From Patescibacteria group bacterium (GTDB taxonomy: Bacteria; Patescibacteriota; Patescibacteriia; UBA2591; UBA4787): a stretch of DNA of 64,000 nucleotides. The stretch is from positions 210,816-274,815 of the forward strand of contig JAQUSN010000002.1 in assembly GCA_028715115.1 (NCBI GenBank), in the 5' to 3' direction. Below are positions 29,843 to 39,741 of the stretch, piece after piece (the stretch's first letter is position 1; every line of letters starts with the position of its first letter). The notes below the pieces were generated by a model. That model was not told where the DNA came from and did no database searches. It saw only the letters and a program-made list of their open reading frames with translations. Both the position numbers and the translations under genes were made by a program.

Positions 29843-29917
29843 TGGGGTGGCTAACGGGATTCGAACCCGTGCTAAAAGCTCCACAGGCTTCTGTGCTACC
29901 ACTACACCATAGCCACC
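29843..29917 (-). tRNA. tRNA-His(GUG)
   Basis: GGTGGCTA...GAAGC-CTGTGGA-GCTTT...GGTTCGAATCC...TAGCCACCCCA; G-1 and CCA encoded. Confidence 0.96.
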
Positions 29918-29928
29918 ATATTATAAAA

Positions 29929-31290
29929 TTATCCAACTATTTCTTTTACTTTTTGGACTAAATCTTTTTCTTTTACTTCAAATTGTTCGCGAGTTTTGAT
30001 ATTTTTTATTTGTATCACTCCCCTTTTCAATTCATCAGAACCAATAATGATAATCACCGGAAAATCCTGACAAACGCCATATGACAATTGCCCCTTAATG
30101 GTTTTCTCGTTGCCAAAATACATTTCCGAAGCAATGCTGTTTTTTCTTAAAAGAGTTAAAACCTTTTCCGCCTCTTGCCGCGCTGAAGGCTCAATGTCCA
30201 GAACCAAAACCTTAGAAACGGTTTTTGGCGATTCGATTAACTTCATTTCTTTTACAGCCACGAACAATCTATCAACACCAACCGAGGCGCCAGTCGCCGG
30301 AATGGAATTAGCCATAAAACGATTAACCAACCCGTCGTATCGGCCACCGGAAAAAACGCTGCCAAGCTGAATCATATCGGTCAAAATAGTCTCATATACC
30401 GGACCAGTATAATAACCAAGGCCGCGCGCGATAGACAAGTCAACCACCCATTTATCTTTTGGCACACCCAAAGCATCTAGATGACCGATTATTTCTTCTA
30501 ATTCGGCTATGCCTTCCTGGGCAATGGCAGAATCTTTCATTAAAGATTTAATTTTAGCTAAAACATTACTTGAATCTTTATCATTAATGTCGATAATATT
30601 TTTAATCGCCTGGATTTGTTGGTCGTTTAAATTTAATTTTTTATCCTCATCTTCTTCTATTTCTTTACCGGATAATAATTTTTTAACATCGTCCCAACCG
30701 ATTTTATCCACCTTGTCCAAGATACGGATAACTTCGGCATTTTTCTCTGCCTCATAGCCAGCGTATTCAGACAAACCGTTTAAAATTTTACGGTTATTTA
30801 TTTGAATTAAAAAATTCTTAAAACCCAAATTACTCATTATTTCAGACATTAGGGCGATAATTTCCGCGTCAGCCATCATACTCTTGGTGCCGACAATATC
30901 AGCGTCAAACTGAACAAACTCTCTGAAGCGTCCTGCTTGCGGCCGTTCACCGCGCCAAACTTTGCCGATTTGATATCGCTTAAACGGCAAGCTGATTTGT
31001 TCTTGAGACGAGGCTACTACGCGCGCCAAAGGAACAGTCAAATCAAACCTTAAAGCTAATTTATCGTTGCTATCTTTTAATCCGGCACGATAAATTTGTT
31101 TTTTAAAATCTTCATCACCGCCAGTTAAAATTTCCTCTCGCTCTAAACAAGGAGTGTCCAACGGCAAAAAACCGAACTTCTGAAAGGTTTGTTCGATGAT
31201 GTTAAGCATTTTTTGCCGAGCAATCATTTCTTGCGGCAAATAGTCGCGAAAACCGCTCGGCAATTCTGGATTGATATTGTTTTTGGCCAT
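29929..31290 (-). CDS. hisS: Histidine--tRNA ligase
   Basis: LRFDLTVP, WRGERPQAGRFREFVQFDAD, ARGLGYYTG, GGRYD. Confidence 0.97.
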   Translation of the reverse strand: MAKNNINPELPSGFRDYLPQEMIARQKMLNIIEQTFQKFGFLPLDTPCLEREEILTGGDEDFKKQIYRAGLKDSNDKLALRFDLTVPLARVVASSQEQISLPFKRYQIGKVWRGERPQAGRFREFVQFDADIVGTKSMMADAEIIALMSEIMSNLGFKNFLIQINNRKILNGLSEYAGYEAEKNAEVIRILDKVDKIGWDDVKKLLSGKEIEEDEDKKLNLNDQQIQAIKNIIDINDKDSSNVLAKIKSLMKDSAIAQEGIAELEEIIGHLDALGVPKDKWVVDLSIARGLGYYTGPVYETILTDMIQLGSVFSGGRYDGLVNRFMANSIPATGASVGVDRLFVAVKEMKLIESPKTVSKVLVLDIEPSARQEAEKVLTLLRKNSIASEMYFGNEKTIKGQLSYGVCQDFPVIIIIGSDELKRGVIQIKNIKTREQFEVKEKDLVQKVKEIVG

Positions 31291-31301
31291 ATATTTAGAG
31301 A

Positions 31302-32011
31302 TTAAAATCTTAAATATTTATTCCAAATCTCATATAATTCTTTAGTGGCCACTAAATCTCCCGCGTTATATCGGGCTATATCTAAATATTTTTTATCTTG
31401 AAATAGTTTACCCACTTCGTGGCCGTTTATCTCGCCATCCTTCGGACTTTTTATACCAAAGGCTCTGGTCCATAAATGTAAGCTTCCTTTTTTCCTTACT
31501 GCGCCATAAAATGATAATTGATCATATAAATCGACATGCTTAATACCAAATTTTTGGCTTTCTAAATAACGATTGGGCATTAAATTAACCGTTGGCCTAA
31601 TATTATTAATCGCCGAACGAATCATTAAAAACGGAGCATCAAAAGCGCGACCATTAAAACTCACGCATTCATCATAATTTTTAACCCCTGCCAAAACTTT
31701 TCCAACATTTCTTTTTCGGTCAATTGTTGAAATTTATACCCATTTTCTTCAAAATCTTTATTCTTCTGTCCTGGAGCTTGATAATACACAGCTCCTTGTT
31801 TTTTTTCATAGTCTAAAACACCTATAACTACAATCTGGCCAGTATACGGAGAAATACCAAGGCGATCTTTTACATTTTTAAGGGCATTCTGATATTCTTC
31901 TTCACCAGTATATTCTTGCTTGATCCATTCTGTTAATGCTTCTTGGGTTTTCTTATCCATCTCGTTGAAATCCTCGCCCACTGTCTCAATGTCAAAAATT
32001 AATTTAGCCAT
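31302..32011 (-). pseudogene. PolB-related RNase H-like 3'-5' exonuclease, split by a frameshift
   Basis: FDIET in the upstream ORF; SFNGRAFD and YNAGD in the downstream ORF; one extra G at CAGGGGTT (about 31685) restores the frame. Confidence 0.8.
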
Positions 32012-32015
32012 AAAG

Positions 32016-32480
32016 TTAAATTTGAATTAAAAATTTTTTTAATCGTTCAATATGGCTATTGGTACTTACTTCTAATGCGAGTAAAACCTGAATCAGTTCC
32101 GGTAAATCGCCCTGAAAAACTTCAAAAAATTTATTTTCAATCATTGATTCTTCCAAAGAGAGACTAAACTGGGCCTCTTCTTTTAAATTTAATCGCCTTG
32201 TTTCGGCAGAAGTTATTCTTGCTTTCACCGACTCGGCATAATTATCAATCGCCCATTTAGAAAAACGCCCTTCTTCAAATAATATTTTATCTTCATTAAC
32301 TAAATTCAATAAATTTTTAATCCACTTGCCATGTTCTAATTCCTCTTGACTGATTTGCTGCCAAAAATCAGCAAATTGATTAAATTGATTAGAATAAAGA
32401 TGATAAAGACGGCTCAAAGATTCTTCATTAGCGGCTAATGATTCAATTAAATTTTTTTGATAGGTAGTGACATTTGTCAT
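32016..32480 (-). CDS. Ferritin-like / rubrerythrin-fold protein
   Basis: EE...LY...FW...EELEH pattern. Confidence 0.7.
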   Translation of the reverse strand: MTNVTTYQKNLIESLAANEESLSRLYHLYSNQFNQFADFWQQISQEELEHGKWIKNLLNLVNEDKILFEEGRFSKWAIDNYAESVKARITSAETRRLNLKEEAQFSLSLEESMIENKFFEVFQGDLPELIQVLLALEVSTNSHIERLKKFLIQI

Positions 32481-32551
32481 AAAATTTATAAAACTGCTTA
32501 TACTAAAATTATTATAAGATATTTTATTTTTAAAATCAAGTTTATTAAATA

Positions 32552-33799
32552 CTATTCATATCGTAAGGCCTCGATCGGACTTTTTAGTGAAGCGCGACGG
32601 GCCGGGTAAAGTCCAAAAACTAAACCGATTAAACCGGCCACCCCAAGCCCCAAAATTATAGCCGAGAGCGATAAATTAAAAGCCCAATTAACTCCTAGAA
32701 TTTTAGTCAAAATAACTGAAACCAATAATGAAAAGGTTGCGCCTAATAAGATTCCCGCCAAACCACCAACCGCGGTTAACATTACCGATTCTATCAAAAA
32801 TTGAGATAAAATATTGCTGTCAGTAGCGCCCAGGGCCTTGCGTAGACCGATTTCTCGCGTTCGTTCTGTAACTGAAACCAACATGATGTTCATTATTCCA
32901 ATTCCGCCGACTATAAGCGAAATGGCGGCGATTGAACCTAAAAATAAAGTTAAAACGTTAGTAATGGTGCTAACCATCGAAGTAATCTCGGCTTGGGTTT
33001 GAAGATAAAAATCATCTTTGGCAGGATCGGTAATTCCGTGCGAATTACGTAAAGTAATATTAATATCTTTGACGGCCTGGGGAATGTTTTGTTCAGAATC
33101 AACCTGAACTACAATATGGTGAAAATATTTCGCACCAAAAATATATTGTTGAGCGGTAGTATGTGGCATGGCCACAGTTTCATCAAAATTAATAAAAGAA
33201 AGCTGGCCTTTTTTCGGCAAAATGCCAATAACCCGAAAATTTCTGCCCTTAATGCGAATTTGCTGACCAAGGGCTGGGGTAGAGCCGAATAACTTCTCTT
33301 CAACCTTACTGCCAATCACCACGACACTATTTCTCCCGCGAACATCGTCATCAGTAAAAAAATTACCTAAAGATGGCTGAATGTCGTAAATTTTAGAAAT
33401 TAATTGAGTCGCGCCAATAATGGTTAGGCGATAATTTTGGTTCTCACGCGAAGCCGTAGCCACGCCCACAACAATTGGCATCGTATCAACTGCATCCGGT
33501 ACATTTGATTTTTTTGATAAAAGGATCAAATCTCTGTCGGTCAAAGATTGATTAGACAAACTATCCAAAATGCTTGGATCGGTTAAACCCTTGGGTTGTC
33601 TGCCCGGAGAAATAATAATAGATTTGGAGCCCAACCCTTGAATCTGACTCAAAATTAAACCTTCTGCGCCTTTGCCCAGCGACATAACCATAATGATTGA
33701 CAAAATGCCGATGGTAATGCCCAGGATAGTCAAAAGCGAGCGCGATTTGTGCGCCCTCATGGCTCGTAGGGCTGACTGAAAACCGTATTTTACTTTCAT
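32552..33799 (-). CDS. MacB/FtsX-like ABC permease
   Basis: RSLLTILGI, GGIGIMNIMLVSVTERTREIGLRKALGA, PIEALRYE. Confidence 0.93.
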   Translation of the reverse strand: MKVKYGFQSALRAMRAHKSRSLLTILGITIGILSIIMVMSLGKGAEGLILSQIQGLGSKSIIISPGRQPKGLTDPSILDSLSNQSLTDRDLILLSKKSNVPDAVDTMPIVVGVATASRENQNYRLTIIGATQLISKIYDIQPSLGNFFTDDDVRGRNSVVVIGSKVEEKLFGSTPALGQQIRIKGRNFRVIGILPKKGQLSFINFDETVAMPHTTAQQYIFGAKYFHHIVVQVDSEQNIPQAVKDINITLRNSHGITDPAKDDFYLQTQAEITSMVSTITNVLTLFLGSIAAISLIVGGIGIMNIMLVSVTERTREIGLRKALGATDSNILSQFLIESVMLTAVGGLAGILLGATFSLLVSVILTKILGVNWAFNLSLSAIILGLGVAGLIGLVFGLYPARRASLKSPIEALRYE

Positions 33800-33907
33800 A
33801 ATTATTGACAACCAAGTGAACAAAGAAAAAATAATTATTTTTCTCTTCCAAAACGAGCACCGGCCCGCCCAGACTCGGCGAGGCTGGCAACACGGGGTTT
33901 AGGCCCT

Positions 33908-34627
33908 TTATTTATGGAATCCATCTACAGCGCGCAAGCGATGATCAACTAGCTTGTCACTATCAATCAGCCCGTCTTTCATGTGTATAATTCGTTGAGC
34001 GTGCTGCGCCGTATAGGTTTCGTGAGTAATTAAAATAATAGTATGTTCTTTTTCGTCATTAAGTTTTTGTAAAAAATTCATGATAATTTGTCCCGACTTA
34101 GAATCCAGGTTGCCAGTCGGTTCGTCGGCAAAAATAACTTGAGGGTTATTGACCAAAGCTCGAGCAATGGCCACGCGCTGTTTTTCGCCACCCGATAATT
34201 GTGAGGTCTCATAATTCAAACGATGGCTTAAATCAACGGCAGTAATAGCCTCTTTGGCTAGCTTGTCCCACTCTGATTCTTTTGCGTCTGAATATAATAG
34301 CGGCAGCTTAACGTTTTCTAAAACGGTCATTCGCGGTAATAAATTAAAAGATTGAAAAACAAATCCCATCTTGCGATTACGAACATGAGCAAGCTCGTCG
34401 CCCGAATAATCATCAATGGTTTTACCGTCAAAAAGATATTGACCGCCGCTCTGGCGATCAAGAAAACCTAACATATGCAACAGGGTCGATTTCCCCGAAC
34501 CTGACGGCCCCATAATAGCCACGAATTCACCGGCTTTAACAGCAAACGAAACTCCGCATAAGGCAGGAGTTTCTGTTTGGCCATCAACGTATATTTTTTT
34601 TAAATTTTTAATCTCGATTAGCTCCAT
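33908..34627 (-). CDS. ABC transporter ATPase (LolD/MacB-like)
   Basis: [26 protein letters not shown]. Confidence 0.95.
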   Translation of the reverse strand: MELIEIKNLKKIYVDGQTETPALCGVSFAVKAGEFVAIMGPSGSGKSTLLHMLGFLDRQSGGQYLFDGKTIDDYSGDELAHVRNRKMGFVFQSFNLLPRMTVLENVKLPLLYSDAKESEWDKLAKEAITAVDLSHRLNYETSQLSGGEKQRVAIARALVNNPQVIFADEPTGNLDSKSGQIIMNFLQKLNDEKEHTIILITHETYTAQHAQRIIHMKDGLIDSDKLVDHRLRAVDGFHK

Positions 34628-34631
34628 ATCT

Positions 34632-36167
34632 TCATTGATTAATTATTTTATCGCCTTCTTTTAAACCGTTAATAACTTCTATATTGCCGTCTGAACCGCG
34701 CAATCCTAGCTCCACCTTTACTTCTTGTAATTGTTTGTCATCGGTCCCTGAAATTTGAACAAATTTTTGCCCATCTTTGGTGATAACAGCTCTTTGTGGA
34801 ATGTATAAAATATTATCTCTCTTGTCGGTAGTAATATCGATGTTGGCGGTCATACCCGGCCTAATCCGCTCGTCGTCTCGGGTGAACTGTAAAGTAGTTT
34901 TATAAGTAGCCACGCCGTCAATAATAATTTCAGCTGGATCAATTTTTACCACTGCGGCGTCAAAGACATTTTCACTGCCATAAGCATCGAGCGTTATTTT
35001 GGCGGCATTGCCCACTTTAAGATTGGCAATATCAACTTCGGCAATATTGGTTTCGATTTCGAATTTCGCGTCAGAAATAACCGAAGCTACGTTAACGTTT
35101 GCCGACACTATCTCGCCTACTTTAGTATCTAATTGACTGACGACTCCTTTGATTGGTGAACGTAAAATCGTTTTGTCTAATTGCGCTTGCGCCGCATCAA
35201 CGTTAGCTTGAGCCTGTTTAACCAACGCCCGCCCGGCGGCAATTTGCTCCTGGGTTGAACCGGCTAAAATTAAATTTAATTGATTCTGATAAGATTCAAC
35301 GGTTAATTTTTGCGAAGCGATTAAATCCTGGCGAGTATTAATGCTGGTCATGGCCGTATTAATATTAGTTCTTGCCGTGGCTACGCTAGTTTTATAAGCA
35401 TCAAGGTTTGTTTGTGATAAATTAACCGCGCCGTTTAGGGTCGTGTAGAGATTGTTTAAAAAAATCCTGACAACATCTAAATGACGTTCTGCATTCATCA
35501 TTTCTTGATCTATGGCTGAATAATCGGCACCCAAAAAGCTAATTTCTGATTTAAAATTTCCCAATTCGGTTTCTATTGCCAAGCGTTGATTTTTCACGTC
35601 TGTTTCTGTCTGCGATTCAGTAGTAACAAACGTCAATTGCGGATTTGATGCCGGATTGCTAAATAGAGAATTTTGCTTATTAACCGCATCATCTGCTTTA
35701 TTGTAAGCATCATTTAAAATATCGATAACGCCATTATAATCATTAGTTAAATCTTGCTGGCTCTTCTTGAGGTCTGTTTGTCTGATGGAAATGTCTTCTG
35801 GCCGGCTGCCCCGAAGTAAAGCGTCGAGCTGAGCCTGATAATTAGCCAAGCCGGCTTGCGCCTGTTCTAATTGAGCGACCAAATCAGCATTATTTAACAC
35901 CATTAAAGTTTGCCCTTCAAATACCGTATCGCCCACTTTGACATTAACACGGATAACCTTGCCGCTTCTTTCAAAGGCTAAATCAATATCTTCGGCCGGA
36001 TTAACACGACCCGTTGAGCTAACCTCTTGAACAACCGTGCCGCGCGCTACGGTCGAAACAACGACCGTGGTTTTATTTTTCTTCCCACCAGAAATAATCA
36101 AAATTAAAATTAATAATAAAATTCCAACAATAATAAAAAAAACTGGCTTTTTAAAAAATTTCTTCAT
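34632..36167 (-). CDS. RND/MacA-like periplasmic adaptor
   Basis: N-terminal anchor, lipoyl halves (VKVGD, SPIKG), long coiled coil, RPGMTA. Confidence 0.9.
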   Translation of the reverse strand: MKKFFKKPVFFIIVGILLLILILIISGGKKNKTTVVVSTVARGTVVQEVSSTGRVNPAEDIDLAFERSGKVIRVNVKVGDTVFEGQTLMVLNNADLVAQLEQAQAGLANYQAQLDALLRGSRPEDISIRQTDLKKSQQDLTNDYNGVIDILNDAYNKADDAVNKQNSLFSNPASNPQLTFVTTESQTETDVKNQRLAIETELGNFKSEISFLGADYSAIDQEMMNAERHLDVVRIFLNNLYTTLNGAVNLSQTNLDAYKTSVATARTNINTAMTSINTRQDLIASQKLTVESYQNQLNLILAGSTQEQIAAGRALVKQAQANVDAAQAQLDKTILRSPIKGVVSQLDTKVGEIVSANVNVASVISDAKFEIETNIAEVDIANLKVGNAAKITLDAYGSENVFDAAVVKIDPAEIIIDGVATYKTTLQFTRDDERIRPGMTANIDITTDKRDNILYIPQRAVITKDGQKFVQISGTDDKQLQEVKVELGLRGSDGNIEVINGLKEGDKIINQ

Positions 36168-36177
36168 ATAAATTATT

Positions 36178-37062
36178 CTATTTTATTAATTCATCTTTAT
36201 CTAGATATGGCTGTATTTCGTCCAAAAAACGAAGCGCTTTTTCTTTAACTTCGGGATCTGTTTTTTTAGTTGGTAACCCAAATTCCAAAATTTGCGTAGT
36301 AAGCTGACTAATAAAAATTCTCAAAAGGTTTATTTCGCTATGACCGGTCGAATCTCCGCTCGTATCAAATGTTTTAATATAAGCCTCTAAATCTTCGGGG
36401 CCAATTGCTAAATAAAAAACTGGAATCTTTCTTTCTTCGCCCTTTGCAACCGGCCTATTTTGCCCCGTGCTGTGATCAATGCCTAAGCTATATTTTAATT
36501 TTGCTGCGCCAAATTCATTAAGTTGTTCAGACCTTGTTTTTTTTGTATTAATGTCCTTTCCTATTCTACCATTGGGATTATCGCAAAAATCATCAATAGC
36601 ACAGACCACTTCTCCGGTTTTCTTATTCAATATAACGTTATCAATGTTATTAAAAATATCATCATACTCCGAAGATCTAACGACAATAAACTTATTTCCC
36701 ATATGTTTCTGAAAGACTGCTGTCTTTAGCAACTCTAGTCTTTCGCCCTGCAAAATTCTTTTATTTACATCTGATCCCCATTTTGCTTTTTGCTCGTCTA
36801 CTCTTCTATTATCTACGGCTATTTCGTCGGCAGTATAAACCGAAGAATAACTCATCGGATTAAGACGGCCTGTTTCGGGGTCTATTAACACTCCGTCTTT
36901 TTCTATTTCAACGGCGCTACGTCTAATAAACTCCTCTATTTTTTTAATGGAAACCGTTAGTTCTCCCTCTCTTTTTACCTCGTTTAAAGATCTTTCTTGG
37001 GTTCTACGCATCCTTGGATCCATGTGTCTATCACTAAAAAATCCTTGCATCATGCGGTCCAT
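36178..37062 (-). CDS. Hypothetical protein
   Basis: 294-aa ORF with SEYDDIFNNIDNV...CAIDD motif. Confidence 0.75.
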   Translation of the reverse strand: MDRMMQGFFSDRHMDPRMRRTQERSLNEVKREGELTVSIKKIEEFIRRSAVEIEKDGVLIDPETGRLNPMSYSSVYTADEIAVDNRRVDEQKAKWGSDVNKRILQGERLELLKTAVFQKHMGNKFIVVRSSEYDDIFNNIDNVILNKKTGEVVCAIDDFCDNPNGRIGKDINTKKTRSEQLNEFGAAKLKYSLGIDHSTGQNRPVAKGEERKIPVFYLAIGPEDLEAYIKTFDTSGDSTGHSEINLLRIFISQLTTQILEFGLPTKKTDPEVKEKALRFLDEIQPYLDKDELIK

Positions 37063-37131
37063 ATTTATATAAAATTAATTATTAATAACTATTATTATAA
37101 CATATTTCTATATAAAAACAAGATTAAAGAC

Positions 37132-37675
37132 AAAAAACGAAGGGCCTGACTGCATAGTCAGGCCCCTGGACATGGAAAGGGGTCAAACGCCGAGTTCTCG
37201 TTGCTTCCACCAGAAAGACGAATGGAGGCCTAAAGAAGCCTTTGCCCTATCGCTTTCGAGTTGCACTGACTCGTTTACGAGAACCTGTGTGCCCGGTCAA
37301 CGAGTAAACCAAGCTTAAGCGCGCAACCCCAAATATAAGCCGATGGCTAAGGATCGCTCCGTGGACCGGTTGGGAACCAGCCGCGCAAAGAAAAGGAGCG
37401 AACTCAAATCAGATGCTGACACGCAAGGACTTTCGTTTGTCTACTATATGAAGTTAACGGAGGCACTTCACCCGCCCCGTTATAGCTCAGTTGGTTAGAC
37501 CTTGCGGTAAACACCGGAGGAAGGTTTGGGTATGAGTTGAGTCTTACCTCTCACCATCGGCGAAAACCTCCAAATGGCGCCAGAATTGAAACAGTGACAA
37601 GGGCGGACGCGATAGTGGTGAAATATCGATAGCTACGAAGCAGTAAGCCGCCACGTACGCCGCTCATTTCTGGCT
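37132..37675 (-). ncRNA. Candidate large structured RNA (about 540 nt)
   Basis: GC-rich, no ORF in track, promoter at 37681-37708, terminator at 37132-37167, many hairpins. Confidence 0.45.
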
Positions 37676-37723
37676 TATTTAATATAACATTTTATAAATT
37701 AAAGTCCAGTGGAAAATAAAAAA

Positions 37724-37749
37724 CTTTCGAGGCCTAACGGCCTCGAAAG
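37724..37749 (-). terminator. Intrinsic terminator
   Basis: CTTTCGAGGCC-TAAC-GGCCTCGAAAG. Confidence 0.75.
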
Positions 37750-37797
37750 AAAATATATATTTTTTTATTACTTTCTATTAAATAGAAGCTTATTTGT

Positions 37798-39132
37798 TTA
37801 CGGCCTGATTTTGCGGCATTCTAAATAATAACGCTTTTCATCTGCTTCGCCGAGAGAAAAAGTTTTGCGCGGCAAAGCGCCGTCTAAAATAACCGTCTTA
37901 AATAAATCATGTTTATCCATGACCGGCAAATAAAAACCTAAATTTCCGCTCTTTCGCCCAAGCTTGGCCACGGCTTTGTCGCCATGCACATAATCAATTT
38001 TTGTTTCTTTATGTTTGACTAAATATTCATCCAAGAATGATTGCAGCGTCCCGACTTCAAGATTTAATTTAGGATTTTTTATTTGCAAAACGCCAAATTT
38101 TTTACCACTAACGAATTTTATCAGGTGTTCGCTCCCCTTCTTCGCTTTCCTTGTCGCCTGTTCAGCCGCTTTATCGGTTTTAAATAATTTATAATCCAGG
38201 GTTGATTTTTGCTTTTTGTAATAGTAGTCCATTTCTTTTAATAATCGTTCAAGGTTTACATTAAAGAGAACACGATGAATTGGTTCGAAAATTAAACCAG
38301 TATCGTGAATATTCAATACTTCAACTAAAGCATATCTGGCAGGATGGTTAACCAATTTAGATTTTGGCAAACGTTTCTTAAATAATTCCCAAGTAGCCTT
38401 GGCCGTGGCCAGAGAATGATTACCATCTCCGGCGGCAAAAAGCACTATTGGTTCGTTTTTTACGCCATACTTTCGGCTAAAAGACCTTTTATCGGCTAAT
38501 TTTTCCAGATTCTTAATAGTTTTTTCTATTATTTTTTCGTCATTTATCTTATAGCCCCTAAGGTGTCCTCCGCTAAACATTAAATTAAAATCATAAATCT
38601 TATTCCTATGCTTCAGGTTTTTAAATAGTGGTTCGACGACGGTTTTCTTGGGGTCATCGATTAAAATCAGGATATGCGGCAATTCTATCAGCGCTTCTTT
38701 ACGAATGGCAATTCGCGGCGGCAAACGATTTAAAACCGTGCCTTCGGTGCAACGAATTAAACTCTTGGCGCCCTTATGATAATTATAATTCTCTAAATCA
38801 AGAGCCATAATCAAACCTTTGCGCGATTTTACCTCGTTAGTCTTGCGGTCAACTAAGACAAAACATTTTTCCGGTGTTAATACGGTCTGTAAATATTTTT
38901 TCATCTGCGCTTTTATGCGCTTAATTCTTTCTTGCTTACCTGGCGCCTCCAAGTATACTTCCGGAAAAATGATATTTAAAGTCGAAGGATTTGACCCGAC
39001 TATTTTTTTAACCTTTTGCCAATATTCCGGTTCGGAAGTATATTGATCGCAGGCCACGACCGACCACTTGCGCAAATCAACATTTTTAGGCAACAGGATT
39101 TCTGGAACAAGAACGCCGATTTTGTTTTTCAT
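37798..39132 (-). CDS. DUF1015 family protein
   Basis: WSVVACDQYTS, GDGNHSLA, LPRKTFS. Confidence 0.9.
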   Translation of the reverse strand: MKNKIGVLVPEILLPKNVDLRKWSVVACDQYTSEPEYWQKVKKIVGSNPSTLNIIFPEVYLEAPGKQERIKRIKAQMKKYLQTVLTPEKCFVLVDRKTNEVKSRKGLIMALDLENYNYHKGAKSLIRCTEGTVLNRLPPRIAIRKEALIELPHILILIDDPKKTVVEPLFKNLKHRNKIYDFNLMFSGGHLRGYKINDEKIIEKTIKNLEKLADKRSFSRKYGVKNEPIVLFAAGDGNHSLATAKATWELFKKRLPKSKLVNHPARYALVEVLNIHDTGLIFEPIHRVLFNVNLERLLKEMDYYYKKQKSTLDYKLFKTDKAAEQATRKAKKGSEHLIKFVSGKKFGVLQIKNPKLNLEVGTLQSFLDEYLVKHKETKIDYVHGDKAVAKLGRKSGNLGFYLPVMDKHDLFKTVILDGALPRKTFSLGEADEKRYYLECRKIRP

Positions 39133-39175
39133 TTTTTAAATCTAAATTAATTATTAACGAACTACTGTTAAATTA

Positions 39176-39562
39176 TTAAAAAATATTATTATCTGAATGG
39201 TGATTGTCGGGGTGATCATTCGTCGTATCGCTTTCTCCCCAGGTAGAAGAAATTTTTTCGGCAATTAATTCATATGTCTTGATTTCTTCCTCTGATGCGG
39301 CTTGTACGATCATGTTGGTTAATTTGTGGCGGACAAAGGCTTGCGGACGCTGCATATCTGGATCGTAATCTTTAAAATCACATATTTCAGTTATGATGTC
39401 TATGAATGCTTGTTTTTTACTATTATCAATATTTGAATCTTGCACAAATTTAATCAACCCTCCCTTCAATTCTCTTACCCTGTCCATGAATTGTTCGTTC
39501 GGATTCTTTGGCGCCTCAGCTGACGGTATAACTTCGCCAATACCCGGTATTTTTTCAATCAT
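39176..39562 (-). CDS. Hypothetical protein
   Basis: ORF track only. Confidence 0.65.
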   Translation of the reverse strand: MIEKIPGIGEVIPSAEAPKNPNEQFMDRVRELKGGLIKFVQDSNIDNSKKQAFIDIITEICDFKDYDPDMQRPQAFVRHKLTNMIVQAASEEEIKTYELIAEKISSTWGESDTTNDHPDNHHSDNNIF

Positions 39563-39741
39563 TTTTTATAAGCGTTAACAAAGGTCAACTTGATATTGTA
39601 GTTTAAGCTTATTAATAATACATTAATACTATAACAAATCTAACCGATAATATAAGACTTAAGCTGTTGATTAACTTTATGAGAGATAAAAAACTGGCTC
39701 ATTATAAGGGTCAGTTTTTGAGTATATATCGTAATCTATTT

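Larger units (their letters stand above)
14246..29848. mobile_element. Tandem gene-cassette array / accretion island at the tRNA-His 3' end; no integrase in window
   Basis: 10-11 direct repeats sharing the tRNA-end core TGGGGT and delimiting gene modules. Confidence 0.7.

Noticed and set aside
37132-37675. RNase P RNA or tmRNA
   Set aside because: Short RNase P-like words (GAAAGTCC, CGGCTTAT, AGTGCAAC) occur but not in colinear order; no tmRNA termini or tag ORF
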